From Methylorubrum extorquens (lineage in GTDB: Bacteria > Pseudomonadota > Alphaproteobacteria > Rhizobiales > Beijerinckiaceae): a stretch of 32,000 nucleotides of DNA. The position numbers and the translations under genes are program-made. Position 1 is the first letter of the stretch, and each line of letters begins with the position of its first letter. Below, in pieces: positions 8,561 through 16,855 of this stretch. The stretch lies in NCBI GenBank assembly GCA_900234795.1, contig LT962688.1, forward strand, positions 4,110,001 to 4,142,000, written 5' to 3'. Under the pieces are notes generated by a model that saw only the letters and a list, made by a program, of their open reading frames with translations, was not told the origin of the DNA and searched no databases.

Positions 8561-8685
8561 CGCGTCACCCGTGCCGGGACGGTCGCTTGGGATTGGGTCA
8601 TGAGGTAAGGATTGTCCCCGCGGCTTTACGGTTCGGTAAACGAAGCGTCGCCGAGTTGTTTCAGAATCACAGGATTTCCGCGCCA

Positions 8686-9471
8686 GTGAGCGATCCGGAG
8701 ACTTCGCCGGGCGAATTGCCCCTCGTGACGCTCGATATCGAAGGCCCCTTCCCGCGCCGGCTGGCGGTGCGGGTTCGCGAGGGCGAGGGACCGCCCGTGG
8801 TCTGGCTCGGCGGCTTCCGCTCCGACATGCGGGCGACGAAGGCCGCCGCCCTCGACGCCTGGGCTGCGCAGAACGCCCGGCGCATGGTGCGATTCGACTA
8901 TTCCGGACACGGCGAGTCGGAGGGGCGCTTCGAGGACGGCACCATCTCCGACTGGCTCGCCGACGCCTGCGCCGTCATCGACCGCTACGCCAACGAGCGG
9001 CCGATCCTCGTCGGCTCCTCCATGGGCGGTTGGATCGCCTGTCTCGTCGCCCGCGAGCGGGCGCGGCGCGGGGCGGATCTCGGCGGAATGGTGTTGATCG
9101 CCCCCGCCCTCGACTTCACCGAGGCGCTGATGTGGGACGCCTTCCCGCCCGAGGTCCGGCAGACCCTGGAGCGCGACGGCGTGTGGTATCGGGAGACGCC
9201 CTATGCCCCGAAGCCCGACCCGATCCGCATGGCGCTGATCGAGGACGGGCGACGTCACCTGCTGCTGGATGCAAGCCTGGAGCTGGGCTGCCCGGTGCAC
9301 ATCCTTCAGGGCATGGCCGATCCGGACGTGCCCTATCCGCATGCCCTGCGGATTCTTGAGCGCCTGCCCGCGCAGGGTACGCGGCTGACACTGATCAAGG
9401 ATGGCGACCACCGCCTGTCGCGGCCCGAGGATATCGACCTCCTCGTGCGCACGGTCGCGGCGATGGCCTGA
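8686..9471 (+). CDS. Alpha/beta-fold hydrolase
   Basis: The product reads ...VVWLGGFRSDMRATKA...FDYSGHGESEG...ILVGSSMGGW (a GxSxG nucleophile elbow) ...GDHRLS. I preferred the GTG at 8686, which has AGGA 11 nt upstream. The longest ORF starts at 8587, only 26 nt from the divergent gene. Confidence 0.8.
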   Translation: MSDPETSPGELPLVTLDIEGPFPRRLAVRVREGEGPPVVWLGGFRSDMRATKAAALDAWAAQNARRMVRFDYSGHGESEGRFEDGTISDWLADACAVIDRYANERPILVGSSMGGWIACLVARERARRGADLGGMVLIAPALDFTEALMWDAFPPEVRQTLERDGVWYRETPYAPKPDPIRMALIEDGRRHLLLDASLELGCPVHILQGMADPDVPYPHALRILERLPAQGTRLTLIKDGDHRLSRPEDIDLLVRTVAAMA

Positions 9472-9502
9472 TGCGCCCCCGCCGAGCGGCGGGGAGACGG
9501 CT

Positions 9503-9784
9503 CTAGTGCAGGCTCACCGGGAAGAGCTGGTGGGCCATGGCGTTCGCCACGGCGACCTCGCGGGAATCCGTCAGCAGGATCGGCGCGCCGCTCGCGGAGA
9601 GCAGGGCGAACAGGTCGAGTCCGGGGGTCATCTCCGGGGCCTGCGGGAACAGGCTACGCACCTCGTCCGAACGGATCGGGCGGACATAGGCGATGTGCCC
9701 CTCGCCGAGTGCGGCGAACTCCGCCGGGTCGATGGCGGGGTTGGCGGTCGTGTCGATGGTCAGGTCGGTTGTGGCCGTGGTCAT
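9503..9784 (-). CDS. DUF1150-family small protein, the usual partner of alphaproteobacterial small heat-shock genes.
   Basis: The ATG at 9784 follows GGAAGGAGG. The 93-aa product reads MTTATTDLTIDTTANPAIDPAEFAALGEGHIAYVRPIRSDEVRSLFPQAPEMTPGLDLFALLSASGAPILLTDSREVAVANAMAHQLFPVSLH, and the ...YVR... and ...L.PVS.H ending are as I recall for DUF1150. The rest of the 339-aa track ORF is non-coding-like. Confidence 0.78.
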   Translation of the reverse strand: MTTATTDLTIDTTANPAIDPAEFAALGEGHIAYVRPIRSDEVRSLFPQAPEMTPGLDLFALLSASGAPILLTDSREVAVANAMAHQLFPVSLH

Positions 9785-9957
9785 GGAATGCCCTCCTTCC
9801 GAGGCAGAGCGTTGAACCGGATATGGTCCTGCACATCGGCAGCGACAAATCCGGGATGGGGTGGAGGCCCGAGAGACGGGCGACGCAGCCTGCGATGCAT
9901 CGACGCGGCTCAGTCGCATCGTCCGTAGGCTGCGTAGGTCAGGGTCGCCGTTCAGGA

Positions 9958-10389
9958 TCACGGATCCTTGGCGGCGATCGCGATCTTGCGCACGATGCGC
10001 TCCGGCTCCGGCCGTGCGAGATCGATCGCCAGCAGCCCGTTCGACAGCTCCGCGCCCAAGACCTCCATGCCGTCGGCAAGGAGGAAGGCCCGCTGAAACT
10101 GCCGCGCCGCGATGCCGCGGTGCAGGTAGTGACGGGACTTGTCGTCGACCTGCCGCCCCCGCACGACCAGTTGATTTTCCTCCAAGGAGACGTCGAGCTG
10201 ATCCTGCGTAAAGCCGGCCACCGCGAGCGTGATACGCAAGCGTCCGGGCTCGCGTTCGCTGCGGGTGACACGTTCGATGTTGTAGGGCGGATATCCGTCG
10301 CTGGCGGCCTTCGAGACACGATCGAGTGCCTGCTCGATCTCGTCGAAGCCGAGCAGGAATGGGTACCCGAACGGGGACGGCCGCGTCAT
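9958..10389 (-). CDS. Hsp20/alpha-crystallin family small heat-shock protein
   Basis: The 143-aa product reads ...DGYPPYNIERVTRSEREPGRLRITLAVAGFTQDQLDVSLEENQLVVRGRQ...YLHRGIAARQFQRAFLLADGMEVLGAELSNGLLAIDL, an IbpA-like alpha-crystallin domain. Confidence 0.92.
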   Translation of the reverse strand: MTRPSPFGYPFLLGFDEIEQALDRVSKAASDGYPPYNIERVTRSEREPGRLRITLAVAGFTQDQLDVSLEENQLVVRGRQVDDKSRHYLHRGIAARQFQRAFLLADGMEVLGAELSNGLLAIDLARPEPERIVRKIAIAAKDP

Positions 10390-10487
10390 CGTCGCTCAAA
10401 CCTCCGGCAAGGCCCTGGGGGATCGAACGGCGTCGAGCCCTTGGCGGCACCTTGCGGTCTCGAGCCCGCCTCGCGGCAGCGCTCTTG
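10390..10487 (-). promoter_or_regulatory. Candidate ROSE-like RNA thermometer in the structured 5' UTR of hsp20.
   Basis: The roughly 100-nt leader begins with a long hairpin (GUCUCaaGAGC...GCUCGAGAC). It ends with GGGCCUU-GCCG-GAGGUUUGAGCGACGAUG, where the Shine-Dalgarno GGAGG sits in a weak, G-U-rich stem. CUUGC...GGAGG.UUUG resembles the 3' hairpin of rhizobial ROSE elements. I judged this by eye only. Confidence 0.4.
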
Positions 10488-10494
10488 AGACGGG

Positions 10495-10523
10495 ATATGG
10501 AAAGCGGGCTGATGCCGATCAAG
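10495..10523 (-). promoter_or_regulatory. Candidate heat-shock / sigma70-like promoter of hsp20.
   Basis: The minus strand reads CTTGAT (10523-10518), 17 nt, then CCATAT (10500-10495). As CTTGAT-N15-ttCCATAT it also resembles the sigma32 pattern CTTGAA-N13-15-CCCCATNT. Confidence 0.4.
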
Positions 10524-10957
10524 GGTGGTCAGCCATGCGGTCGGCGAAGCGCGGAGAACGGCAATTCGGGACAAACCGGCAATTACGCCGGGACAAATGA
10601 GAAATCCCAGTTCGCTTGCCTGCCTTCTCCAATAGTTTGGAATTGCTCTGAAATTCTTTGCAAACCTTGATCGGTACCCTGCTTGTCGGATAGGCACGCC
10701 CGGAAACGTACACGGTGCTGTGACGAGCGCCGGACGTGACCTTTGCTGTATCCGCACATCGCCATGCGGTGGAGATCGCGTCACGGTGGTCTCGACCCGG
10801 ACGACGGCGCCTCTTGGCACCGTCGAAACCATGGCGAAGCGAATGTCGGCGGGACAGCGGCAGTCCTTCGGCCTTCGGGTCAAGCGGCCCGCTCCGGATC
10901 TCCGGGGCGGCGCGAGATTGGGGAGATGAGATCGTCGTGATTCAGGAAGGCTGGGGA

Positions 10958-11440
10958 ATGAGCGATGCAGGGCCGGGACGCGGCGGGATCGGGGGACGCC
11001 TCCTCGCGGGTGCCGTCCTCGCCGCAGCGCTGATCACCGCGATCCCCGTCGCGATGGCACAGGACGCGACGCCGCCGGCCAAATCGGACGCTCCTGCCCT
11101 GAAGATCGAACTGAACCGGCTCGAGCCCGCGGGCGAGGCCTGCCGCACTTACATGCTCGTCGACAACAGCCGCGGACCCGCGCTGAAGTCGCTCAAGGTC
11201 GATCTGTTCGCCTTCGACACTGAGGGCGTTGCCCAGAAGCGCCTCGCCGTCGAGCTGGGCCCGGTCCAAGAGAAGAAGACCGTGGTGCGGCTCTTCGATT
11301 TCGCCGGCCTCGCCTGCCCGAAAATCGGCCGCCTTCTGCTCAACGACGTGCTCGCCTGCGAGGGCGGTGACGCCACCCGCGAGACCTGCCTGGAGCGGAT
11401 CGAGCCCGCCACCAAGACATCGGCCGCCTTCGATCGCTGA
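10958..11440 (+). CDS. Hypothetical secreted protein with a signal peptide, immediately upstream of tolQ.
   Basis: The ATG at 10958 gives MSDAGPGRGGIGGRLLAGAVLAAALITAIPVAMAQDATPP..., with a signal-peptide-like AMA-Q cleavage site. GC3 is high after this point. The upstream part of ORF 10736..11440 looks non-coding. Confidence 0.65.
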   Translation: MSDAGPGRGGIGGRLLAGAVLAAALITAIPVAMAQDATPPAKSDAPALKIELNRLEPAGEACRTYMLVDNSRGPALKSLKVDLFAFDTEGVAQKRLAVELGPVQEKKTVVRLFDFAGLACPKIGRLLLNDVLACEGGDATRETCLERIEPATKTSAAFDR

Positions 11441-11511
11441 GGCCGGCCACGGCCGTCCCACCGGTTCGACCGGGTGCGACGGACGCCTATTGGAGCCACG
11501 AGGAGTCACAC

Positions 11512-12214
<703 letters not shown>

Positions 12215-12299
12215 TCCGCTTCTTCGCCGACCCCCTGAAACCTTCGCGGCGCCCGCCTCAGCTCGGCGGGCGGCCGCCGACACCCGGAAGGGCGAAGCC

Positions 12300-12761
12300 A
12301 TGGCCATGGGAACCGCGCGTTCGGCGAGCGACGACGAGGACGGCCTCGACGCGACGCCGATGTCCGAGATCAACGTCACGCCGATGGTCGACGTGATGCT
12401 GGTGCTGCTGATCATCTTCATGGTGGCCGCGCCGCTGATGACGACGGGCGTGCCGGTGCAACTGCCGAAGACGACCGCCGCCAAGGTGGCGCAGTCGCAG
12501 AAGCCGCTCGAAGTCTCCATCGACAAGGACGGCAATCCGTTCATCGCCAAGGACGGCTTCACGCCGGAGACGATCCTGCCGCGCCTGAAGCAGCTCAGGG
12601 CGGAGAACCCGGATCAGGTCGTGCTCGTGCGCGGCGACCGGGAGGTGCCCTACGGCCGGATCATGGAGGTGATGGGCCTCGTCGGTCAGGCGGGCTTCAC
12701 CAAGGTCTCGCTGATTGCCCAATCGGCGGGTGGCGCGCCGGCCCCAGGGACGCCCCGTTAA
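12300..12761 (+). CDS. tolR: TolR (ExbD/TolR family)
   Basis: The ATG at 12300 gives MAMGTARSASDDEDGLDATPMSEINVTPMVDVMLVLLIIFMVAAPLMTTGVPVQLPK...VLVRGDREVPYGRIMEVMGLVGQAGFTKVSLI, with the ExbD/TolR hallmarks. Confidence 0.88.
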   Translation: MAMGTARSASDDEDGLDATPMSEINVTPMVDVMLVLLIIFMVAAPLMTTGVPVQLPKTTAAKVAQSQKPLEVSIDKDGNPFIAKDGFTPETILPRLKQLRAENPDQVVLVRGDREVPYGRIMEVMGLVGQAGFTKVSLIAQSAGGAPAPGTPR

Positions 12762-12765
12762 GCCG

Positions 12766-13902
12766 ATGGCCGCTCCCAAGCCAGCTCCGAAGGCCGCCCC
12801 CATGCCGCCGATGCAGGCCCCGACATCTGCCCCGATGCCGGCTCCCGTGCCCGCTTACGCTGGGCAGGGGTTGCCCTCGGGCCCGTCCGAGGGAGGCGGC
12901 CAGGGGCGCCTCGCGGCCGCCTTCGCCCTGGCCCTGGCCCTGCACGCCGCGGGGCTGATCGGCATCACCTATCTGCATCTGACACCGCCCGCGCCCCCGG
13001 GCGAGCAGGAGATCACCATCGATCTCGCGCCGCAGATGGCGGAGGCCGAGACCCAGGCCCCCGCCCAGACGGCGCAGTCCGAGGCGATCCCCGAGGAGGC
13101 CAAGCCCGAGGGCGAGCCGGAGACGGCCGAGCCGGTCGAGACCCCGGACGAGGTGAAGCCCCCGCCTCCCCCCGAGATGACGGAGGTGATGCCGGAGGAG
13201 GTACAGCCGCCGCCTCCGCCGCCGGAAGCCGTCACGGAGGTTCCGCCCGACACGCTGCCCCCGCCGCCCGAGGAGCAGATCATCGCCTCCGAGGCGCAGG
13301 AGGCGGAGCCGCTGGCGCCGCCCCCGCCCGTGGTGGCGAAGGTGCCGGAGCGGCCTAAGCCCGATCCCAAGATCGAGGAGCGCCGCAAGGCCGCCCTGGA
13401 GAAGAAGCGCGAGGCCGAGCGCGAGGCACGCCGCCAGGAGATCCTCGAGAAGAAGCGCGAGGAGGCGCAGAAGGAAGCGCGGATCAAGGCCGCCAAGGCG
13501 AAGGCGGAGCGCGATGCCGCCCGGCGTGCCCAGGCCGCGCAGGCGGGCAATGCGCAGCGCAACTCCGCCGCCACCTCGCGTCAGAGCGCGACGGGCACGG
13601 CCGCCGCGGCGAGCGATCCCAACGCCATGGCCGCCTGGAAGGGCTCCATCGCCGCGACGATCCGTGGCCGGATGAACCGCGAGGCCGCGGCCGGCACCAG
13701 CGGCGGCGTCGCGACCGTGCGGTTCACCGTGAGCCGCTCCGGCGCGGTGAGCGGCGCGGCCGTGACCGGCAGCAGCGGGGTCGGCGCCATCGACAGCGCC
13801 GCGCTCGCGGCGGTGCGCGGCGGCCTGCCGCCCGCCCCCGCCGGGGTGACGCAGCCGAGCCTCGCCGTCACCGTGCCGCTGCGCTTCAGCCCTGGGCGTT
13901 AG
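12766..13902 (+). CDS. tolA: TolA-like cell-envelope protein (TM anchor, Pro-rich linker, Lys/Glu/Ala-rich helical domain, TonB_C/TolA-like C-terminal domain).
   Basis: The ATG at 12766 starts 5 nt after the tolR stop. The product has a TM segment LAAAFALALALHAAGLIGITYL, PPPP-E repeats, ...KIEERRKAALEKKREAEREARRQEILEKKREEAQKEARIKAAKAKAERDAARRAQ..., and a C-terminus GGVATVRFTVSRSGAVSGAAVTGSSGVGAIDSAALAAVRG...VPLRFS. Confidence 0.75.
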   Translation: MAAPKPAPKAAPMPPMQAPTSAPMPAPVPAYAGQGLPSGPSEGGGQGRLAAAFALALALHAAGLIGITYLHLTPPAPPGEQEITIDLAPQMAEAETQAPAQTAQSEAIPEEAKPEGEPETAEPVETPDEVKPPPPPEMTEVMPEEVQPPPPPPEAVTEVPPDTLPPPPEEQIIASEAQEAEPLAPPPPVVAKVPERPKPDPKIEERRKAALEKKREAEREARRQEILEKKREEAQKEARIKAAKAKAERDAARRAQAAQAGNAQRNSAATSRQSATGTAAAASDPNAMAAWKGSIAATIRGRMNREAAAGTSGGVATVRFTVSRSGAVSGAAVTGSSGVGAIDSAALAAVRGGLPPAPAGVTQPSLAVTVPLRFSPGR

Positions 13903-13959
13903 GCCGGCATCGTTCTCCCGTCCGCCGCGTTGTCCCGCTCACACCGGACAGCGCGGCGG

Positions 13960-14529
13960 ATGACCACCTTCTTCACGAGTGACACGCATTTCGGCGACCC
14001 CCGGATCCTGCGGATCGACAGGCGCCCCTTTCCAGATCTGCCGGCCCATGACGCGGCCCTGGTCGAGACCTGGAACGCCGTCGTCGGGCCGGACGACACC
14101 GTCTGGCATCTCGGCGACTTCGCCCTCGGCCCTCCCCCGGAGCGCATCGCGGCCCTGCTCGGCGCGCTCAACGGCCACAAGCACCTCATCGTCGGCAACA
14201 ATGACGGCCCCGCCACCCTCTCGGCGCCCGGCTGGACCTCGGTGGCGCATTACGCGGAGACCGAAGTCGAGGGCCGCCGGCTCGTGCTGTGCCACTACGC
14301 CTTCCGGACCTGGAATGGCCTCGGCCGCGGCGCGATCAACCTGCACGGCCATTCCCACGGCCGGCTCAAGCCAATTCCGCGACAATACGATGTGGGCGTC
14401 GATGCGCAGGGCTTAGCGCCGGTCACCCTCGACCAGATTCTCGTCTCGCGCCGCGGGCGTGTGTCGGAGACGGCGCGCCGAAACCGCGCCGGGCCGGATC
14501 TCGGTCGCAAGGCTTCCGCCGAGGGATAG
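13960..14529 (+). CDS. Metallophosphoesterase (calcineurin-like) family protein
   Basis: The product reads MTTFFTSDTHFGDPRILRIDRRPF...VWHLGDFAL...LIVGNNDG...LCHYAF...NLHGHSHG, the DxH / GD / GNHD-like / GHxH phosphoesterase motifs. I preferred the ATG at 13960 over the TTG at 13930. Confidence 0.82.
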   Translation: MTTFFTSDTHFGDPRILRIDRRPFPDLPAHDAALVETWNAVVGPDDTVWHLGDFALGPPPERIAALLGALNGHKHLIVGNNDGPATLSAPGWTSVAHYAETEVEGRRLVLCHYAFRTWNGLGRGAINLHGHSHGRLKPIPRQYDVGVDAQGLAPVTLDQILVSRRGRVSETARRNRAGPDLGRKASAEG

Positions 14530-14621
14530 GGGTGTCGATCGAATCCCAGTGCGCCGAATGTTCCACCAAGAATCGTCGAGGAAGCCTCCAAGAATCTTGG
14601 CAGATCCCGCGGGCGAGTTTC

Positions 14622-14647
14622 GGAACCATCGGCTTAGCGTCACCGTT
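14622..14647 (+). promoter_or_regulatory. Candidate EcfG-type (general stress response ECF sigma) promoter.
   Basis: GGAAC (14622-14626), a 17-nt spacer, then CGTT (14644-14647), about 115 nt upstream of the ATG at 14765. This was the only GGAAC-N16/17-CGTT match I found on either strand of the window. Confidence 0.45.
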
Positions 14648-14764
14648 CAGAAGCCAAGACGGACGGCAACGTCGCGGCAGGATCAGTGAAGACACTGAGA
14701 CGCCTGTGTGTTGAGCGCTCCTTAACCTTTTCACGACTTCTGTCGAACAGCTTCGGTCTGCCCC

Positions 14765-15091
14765 ATGCGTCACCTCATGCGACACACCGTTTTCGCCGGC
14801 CTTGCGGCCTCCCTCGTCGGCGTCTCTCTCGTTTCCTCCGCGCTCGCGGCCCCCGGCTGCCTCGATGGCCGCCGGAAGATCCAAGAAGCCAGCGCGCTGC
14901 GCTATCAGGCGCGCCAGGAAGCGCGTCTCGGCAATCACGACCGGGTTTGCGACACCCTCGACGAGATCGGCGACCGCTACCACGAGGCGCAGGACGCCTT
15001 CGAGGATTGCGGGGCCGACATCGTCTCGATCGATCTGCGCAGCGAACTCCGGTCCCTGCGCGCGGCCAAGCAGGTCAACCGCTGCGACTGA
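14765..15091 (+). CDS. Hypothetical small secreted protein (signal peptide, 4 Cys)
   Basis: The 108-aa product reads MRHLMRHTVFAGLAASLVGVSLVSSALAAPGCLDGRRKIQEA...CDTLDEIGDRYHEAQDAFEDCGADIV...NRCD. GC3 is high and a hairpin follows the stop. Confidence 0.6.
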   Translation: MRHLMRHTVFAGLAASLVGVSLVSSALAAPGCLDGRRKIQEASALRYQARQEARLGNHDRVCDTLDEIGDRYHEAQDAFEDCGADIVSIDLRSELRSLRAAKQVNRCD

Positions 15092-15099
15092 CCGGGGCT

Positions 15100-15118
15100 G
15101 ACCCGCGCCCCGCGGGTC
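15100..15118 (+). terminator. Hairpin downstream of the 14765 gene.
   Basis: gacccgcg-ccc-cgcgggtc is a perfect 8-bp stem, 9 nt after the stop. There is no U-tract. Confidence 0.35.
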
Positions 15119-15274
15119 GAAGCTGCCTGTAACTCGATGCTGCGAAAGCCGGATCCGTCCGCGGGCCGGCGTGTGGTCCCGCACCGCCAAGCGTCACCGT
15201 GAAGCGCAGGTCTATCGCAACGAAACCGATCGCTTCGCGCCGGAAAACTCCTCTCCTCCTTTTAGGGTCTTGCC

Positions 15275-15415
15275 ATGATCGCCACCGACAACGCCCTCCG
15301 TCAGCCCGCCGCCGAAACGCGGACCGGTCCCTCGTTCGCCGCGGCCCTGTTCGGCTTCCTCGGCAGCACTGTTGCGACGACGATGGTGATGTTCCTGCTC
15401 AGCAGCAGCGTCTGA
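15275..15415 (+). CDS. Possible 46-aa hydrophobic peptide (speculative).
   Basis: MIATDNALRQPAAETRTGPSFAAALFGFLGSTVATTMVMFLLSSSV has one predicted TM segment and GC3-rich codons. It has no clear Shine-Dalgarno and falls below the ORF-track length cutoff. Confidence 0.25.
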   Translation: MIATDNALRQPAAETRTGPSFAAALFGFLGSTVATTMVMFLLSSSV

Positions 15416-15539
15416 CACCGCTTCCGCTCGGTGAGAGCGGCATCAGGACGGCGCGGCGCTCGCGTGAAACACGCCATCGCGCCCGGCGAAGCGAACGCCC
15501 AGGTTTCGTGAGGTCTGTCTCAAGGAGTTGAGGCCCGCC

Positions 15540-15779
15540 TCAGGGGGCGACCGACCAGAGGCGGCTACGCGAGAACAGCATCTCCGGATTGCCGACTTGG
15601 TTCGCCGTCTTCGGCACCGGGCAGCGGGGCGTCTCGGGGCGGGGTGCGACGACGACCGCCGCCTGAGCGGGCGGCACGAGGCCGAGCCGCACTTGGACCG
15701 CCGGGTGCCGCGCAGCGGTGATGGTGACGACGCCGGCGATGATGCAGCCAGCCATCAATCCGAGAAAGAAGTTCGTCAT
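15540..15779 (-). CDS. Hypothetical small membrane-anchored protein
   Basis: The internal ATG at 15779 gives MTNFFLGLMAGCIIAGVVTITAARHPAVQVRLGLVPPAQAAVVVAPRPETPRCPVPKTANQVGNPEMLF.... It has an N-terminal TM helix and high GC3, but no obvious Shine-Dalgarno. Confidence 0.4.
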   Translation of the reverse strand: MTNFFLGLMAGCIIAGVVTITAARHPAVQVRLGLVPPAQAAVVVAPRPETPRCPVPKTANQVGNPEMLFSRSRLWSVAP

Positions 15780-15956
15780 CTGAAACGGGTTCCGGACCCG
15801 ATGCGGCACGGACTGGCCTCAACGGCCGCCACGCCGAAGCACTCACCCGCTTTCGGGGCGCCAATGGGGCAGATTGCTCGCATACCGGCTTTTAACAAAA
15901 ACGATGCATTGATTCGCCTGCGATCGGCCGAGGGCGGCGCAGGGAGAACACCAACA

Positions 15957-16331
15957 ATGCAGTACGCGGCCAATGCCTATGCGAAGGCTTCGCGCGTGGC
16001 GCTCTCCCCTCGAGAAGCCGAGGCGGCCGTTCTGCTGAAGGCCGCCGGCCGTCTCCAGTCCCTCGGCTCACAGGTCGAGGCGGGGCCGGCTCTCAACGAC
16101 GCGCTGACGTTCAACCAGCGTGTCTGGACGATCCTGGCCTCCGCCGCGACCGAGCCGAGCAGCCCGCTCCCCGTCGAGGTCCGCACCAGCATGGCGCAGC
16201 TCTCGGCCTACGTGTTCCATACGATCCTGGACACGATGATCGAGCCGACGGCGCAGAAGATCGAGTCGCTGGTCTCGCTCAACAACCACATCGCCGCGGG
16301 GCTTCAGGGCGACGCCGGGCCGGGGGCGTAA
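15957..16331 (+). CDS. flaF: Flagellar biosynthesis regulator FlaF
   Basis: The ATG at 15957 follows GGGAG. The product reads MQYAANAYAKASRVALSPREAEAAVLLKAAGRLQS...LNDALTFNQRVWTILASAATEPSSPLPVEVRTSMAQLSAYVFHTILDTM...LVSLNNHIAAGLQG, which matches the FlaF family pattern. Confidence 0.85.
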   Translation: MQYAANAYAKASRVALSPREAEAAVLLKAAGRLQSLGSQVEAGPALNDALTFNQRVWTILASAATEPSSPLPVEVRTSMAQLSAYVFHTILDTMIEPTAQKIESLVSLNNHIAAGLQGDAGPGA

Positions 16332-16364
16332 ACGCTGGCTGACCGCACGCCGAATCGAATCAGA

Positions 16365-16392
16365 GCCGCCGAATAGCCTCGCCTTCGGCGGC
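16365..16392 (+). terminator. Hairpin between the convergent flaF and flaG genes.
   Basis: gccgccgaa pairs with ttcggcggc across a 10-nt loop, a 9-bp perfect stem. Confidence 0.3.
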
Positions 16393-16507
16393 GACGTGCT
16401 GTCCGGGCGTTATTCGCCGTAGGATGTCGCGGCGCGCGGGTGCCCGCACCTCCGAGCGTTCTGTCGCGTCGGAGGGCGTCGGACGGGCGATGTCGCTGGG
16501 CAGTCGG

Positions 16508-16855
16508 TCAGGCCGTCTTGGCGACGCGTTCACCCAGAAACGGCGCGGCTTCCCGTGCGTAGGCCCGCGCCTTGAGGATCACTTCGTCGGGGATCTGCAT
16601 CACCACGTCGCCGGTCTGCGGATCGGTGACCCGGAAAACGAGGCTCTGGCTCTCCGCATCGCGGATATAGGCCCGCCGATCCGGCTCGGACGGTTTCGCT
16701 TCCGTGCTCTCGGGGCTCACCGCCACGGTGACCGCGGGGTCGAGCACGCGGGAGGCGGGAGCCTCGTCGCGAACGGTTTCCCCAACCGGCCGGATGGGGG
16801 TGATGGGTGCGGTTGAGACGGGCGGCGTCGAGGCCGCGGCCCTGATCGGGTCCAT
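16508..16855 (-). CDS. flaG: FlaG-family flagellar protein
   Basis: The 115-aa product has a low-complexity Pro/Thr/Ala-rich N-terminal part. Its C-terminal part, ...RRAYIRDAESQSLVFRVTDPQTGDVVMQIPDEVILKARAY, resembles the FlaG core (..vvkvvD..TgEvirQIP.eevl..). Confidence 0.65.
   Translation of the reverse strand: MDPIRAAASTPPVSTAPITPIRPVGETVRDEAPASRVLDPAVTVAVSPESTEAKPSEPDRRAYIRDAESQSLVFRVTDPQTGDVVMQIPDEVILKARAYAREAAPFLGERVAKTA

Noticed and set aside
9785-10522. The upstream 246 codons of the 339-aa ORF 9503..10522 (-).
   Set aside because: Only the last 93 codons (DUF1150) have a Shine-Dalgarno and family-like sequence. The upstream part overlaps hsp20 out of frame and is Arg-rich nonsense.
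13060-13560. Repetitive-looking DNA inside tolA (PPPP-E units and Lys/Glu/Ala-rich tracts).
   Set aside because: These are low-complexity coding repeats intrinsic to TolA linker and helical domains. They are not tandem DNA repeats of fixed period and not a CRISPR array.
15199-15531. A 110-aa plus-strand ORF, and the polypurine run GGAGGAGAGGAG on the minus strand (15250-15262).
   Set aside because: The ORF is Arg-rich nonsense. No start codon follows the minus-strand SD-like run within a usable distance.
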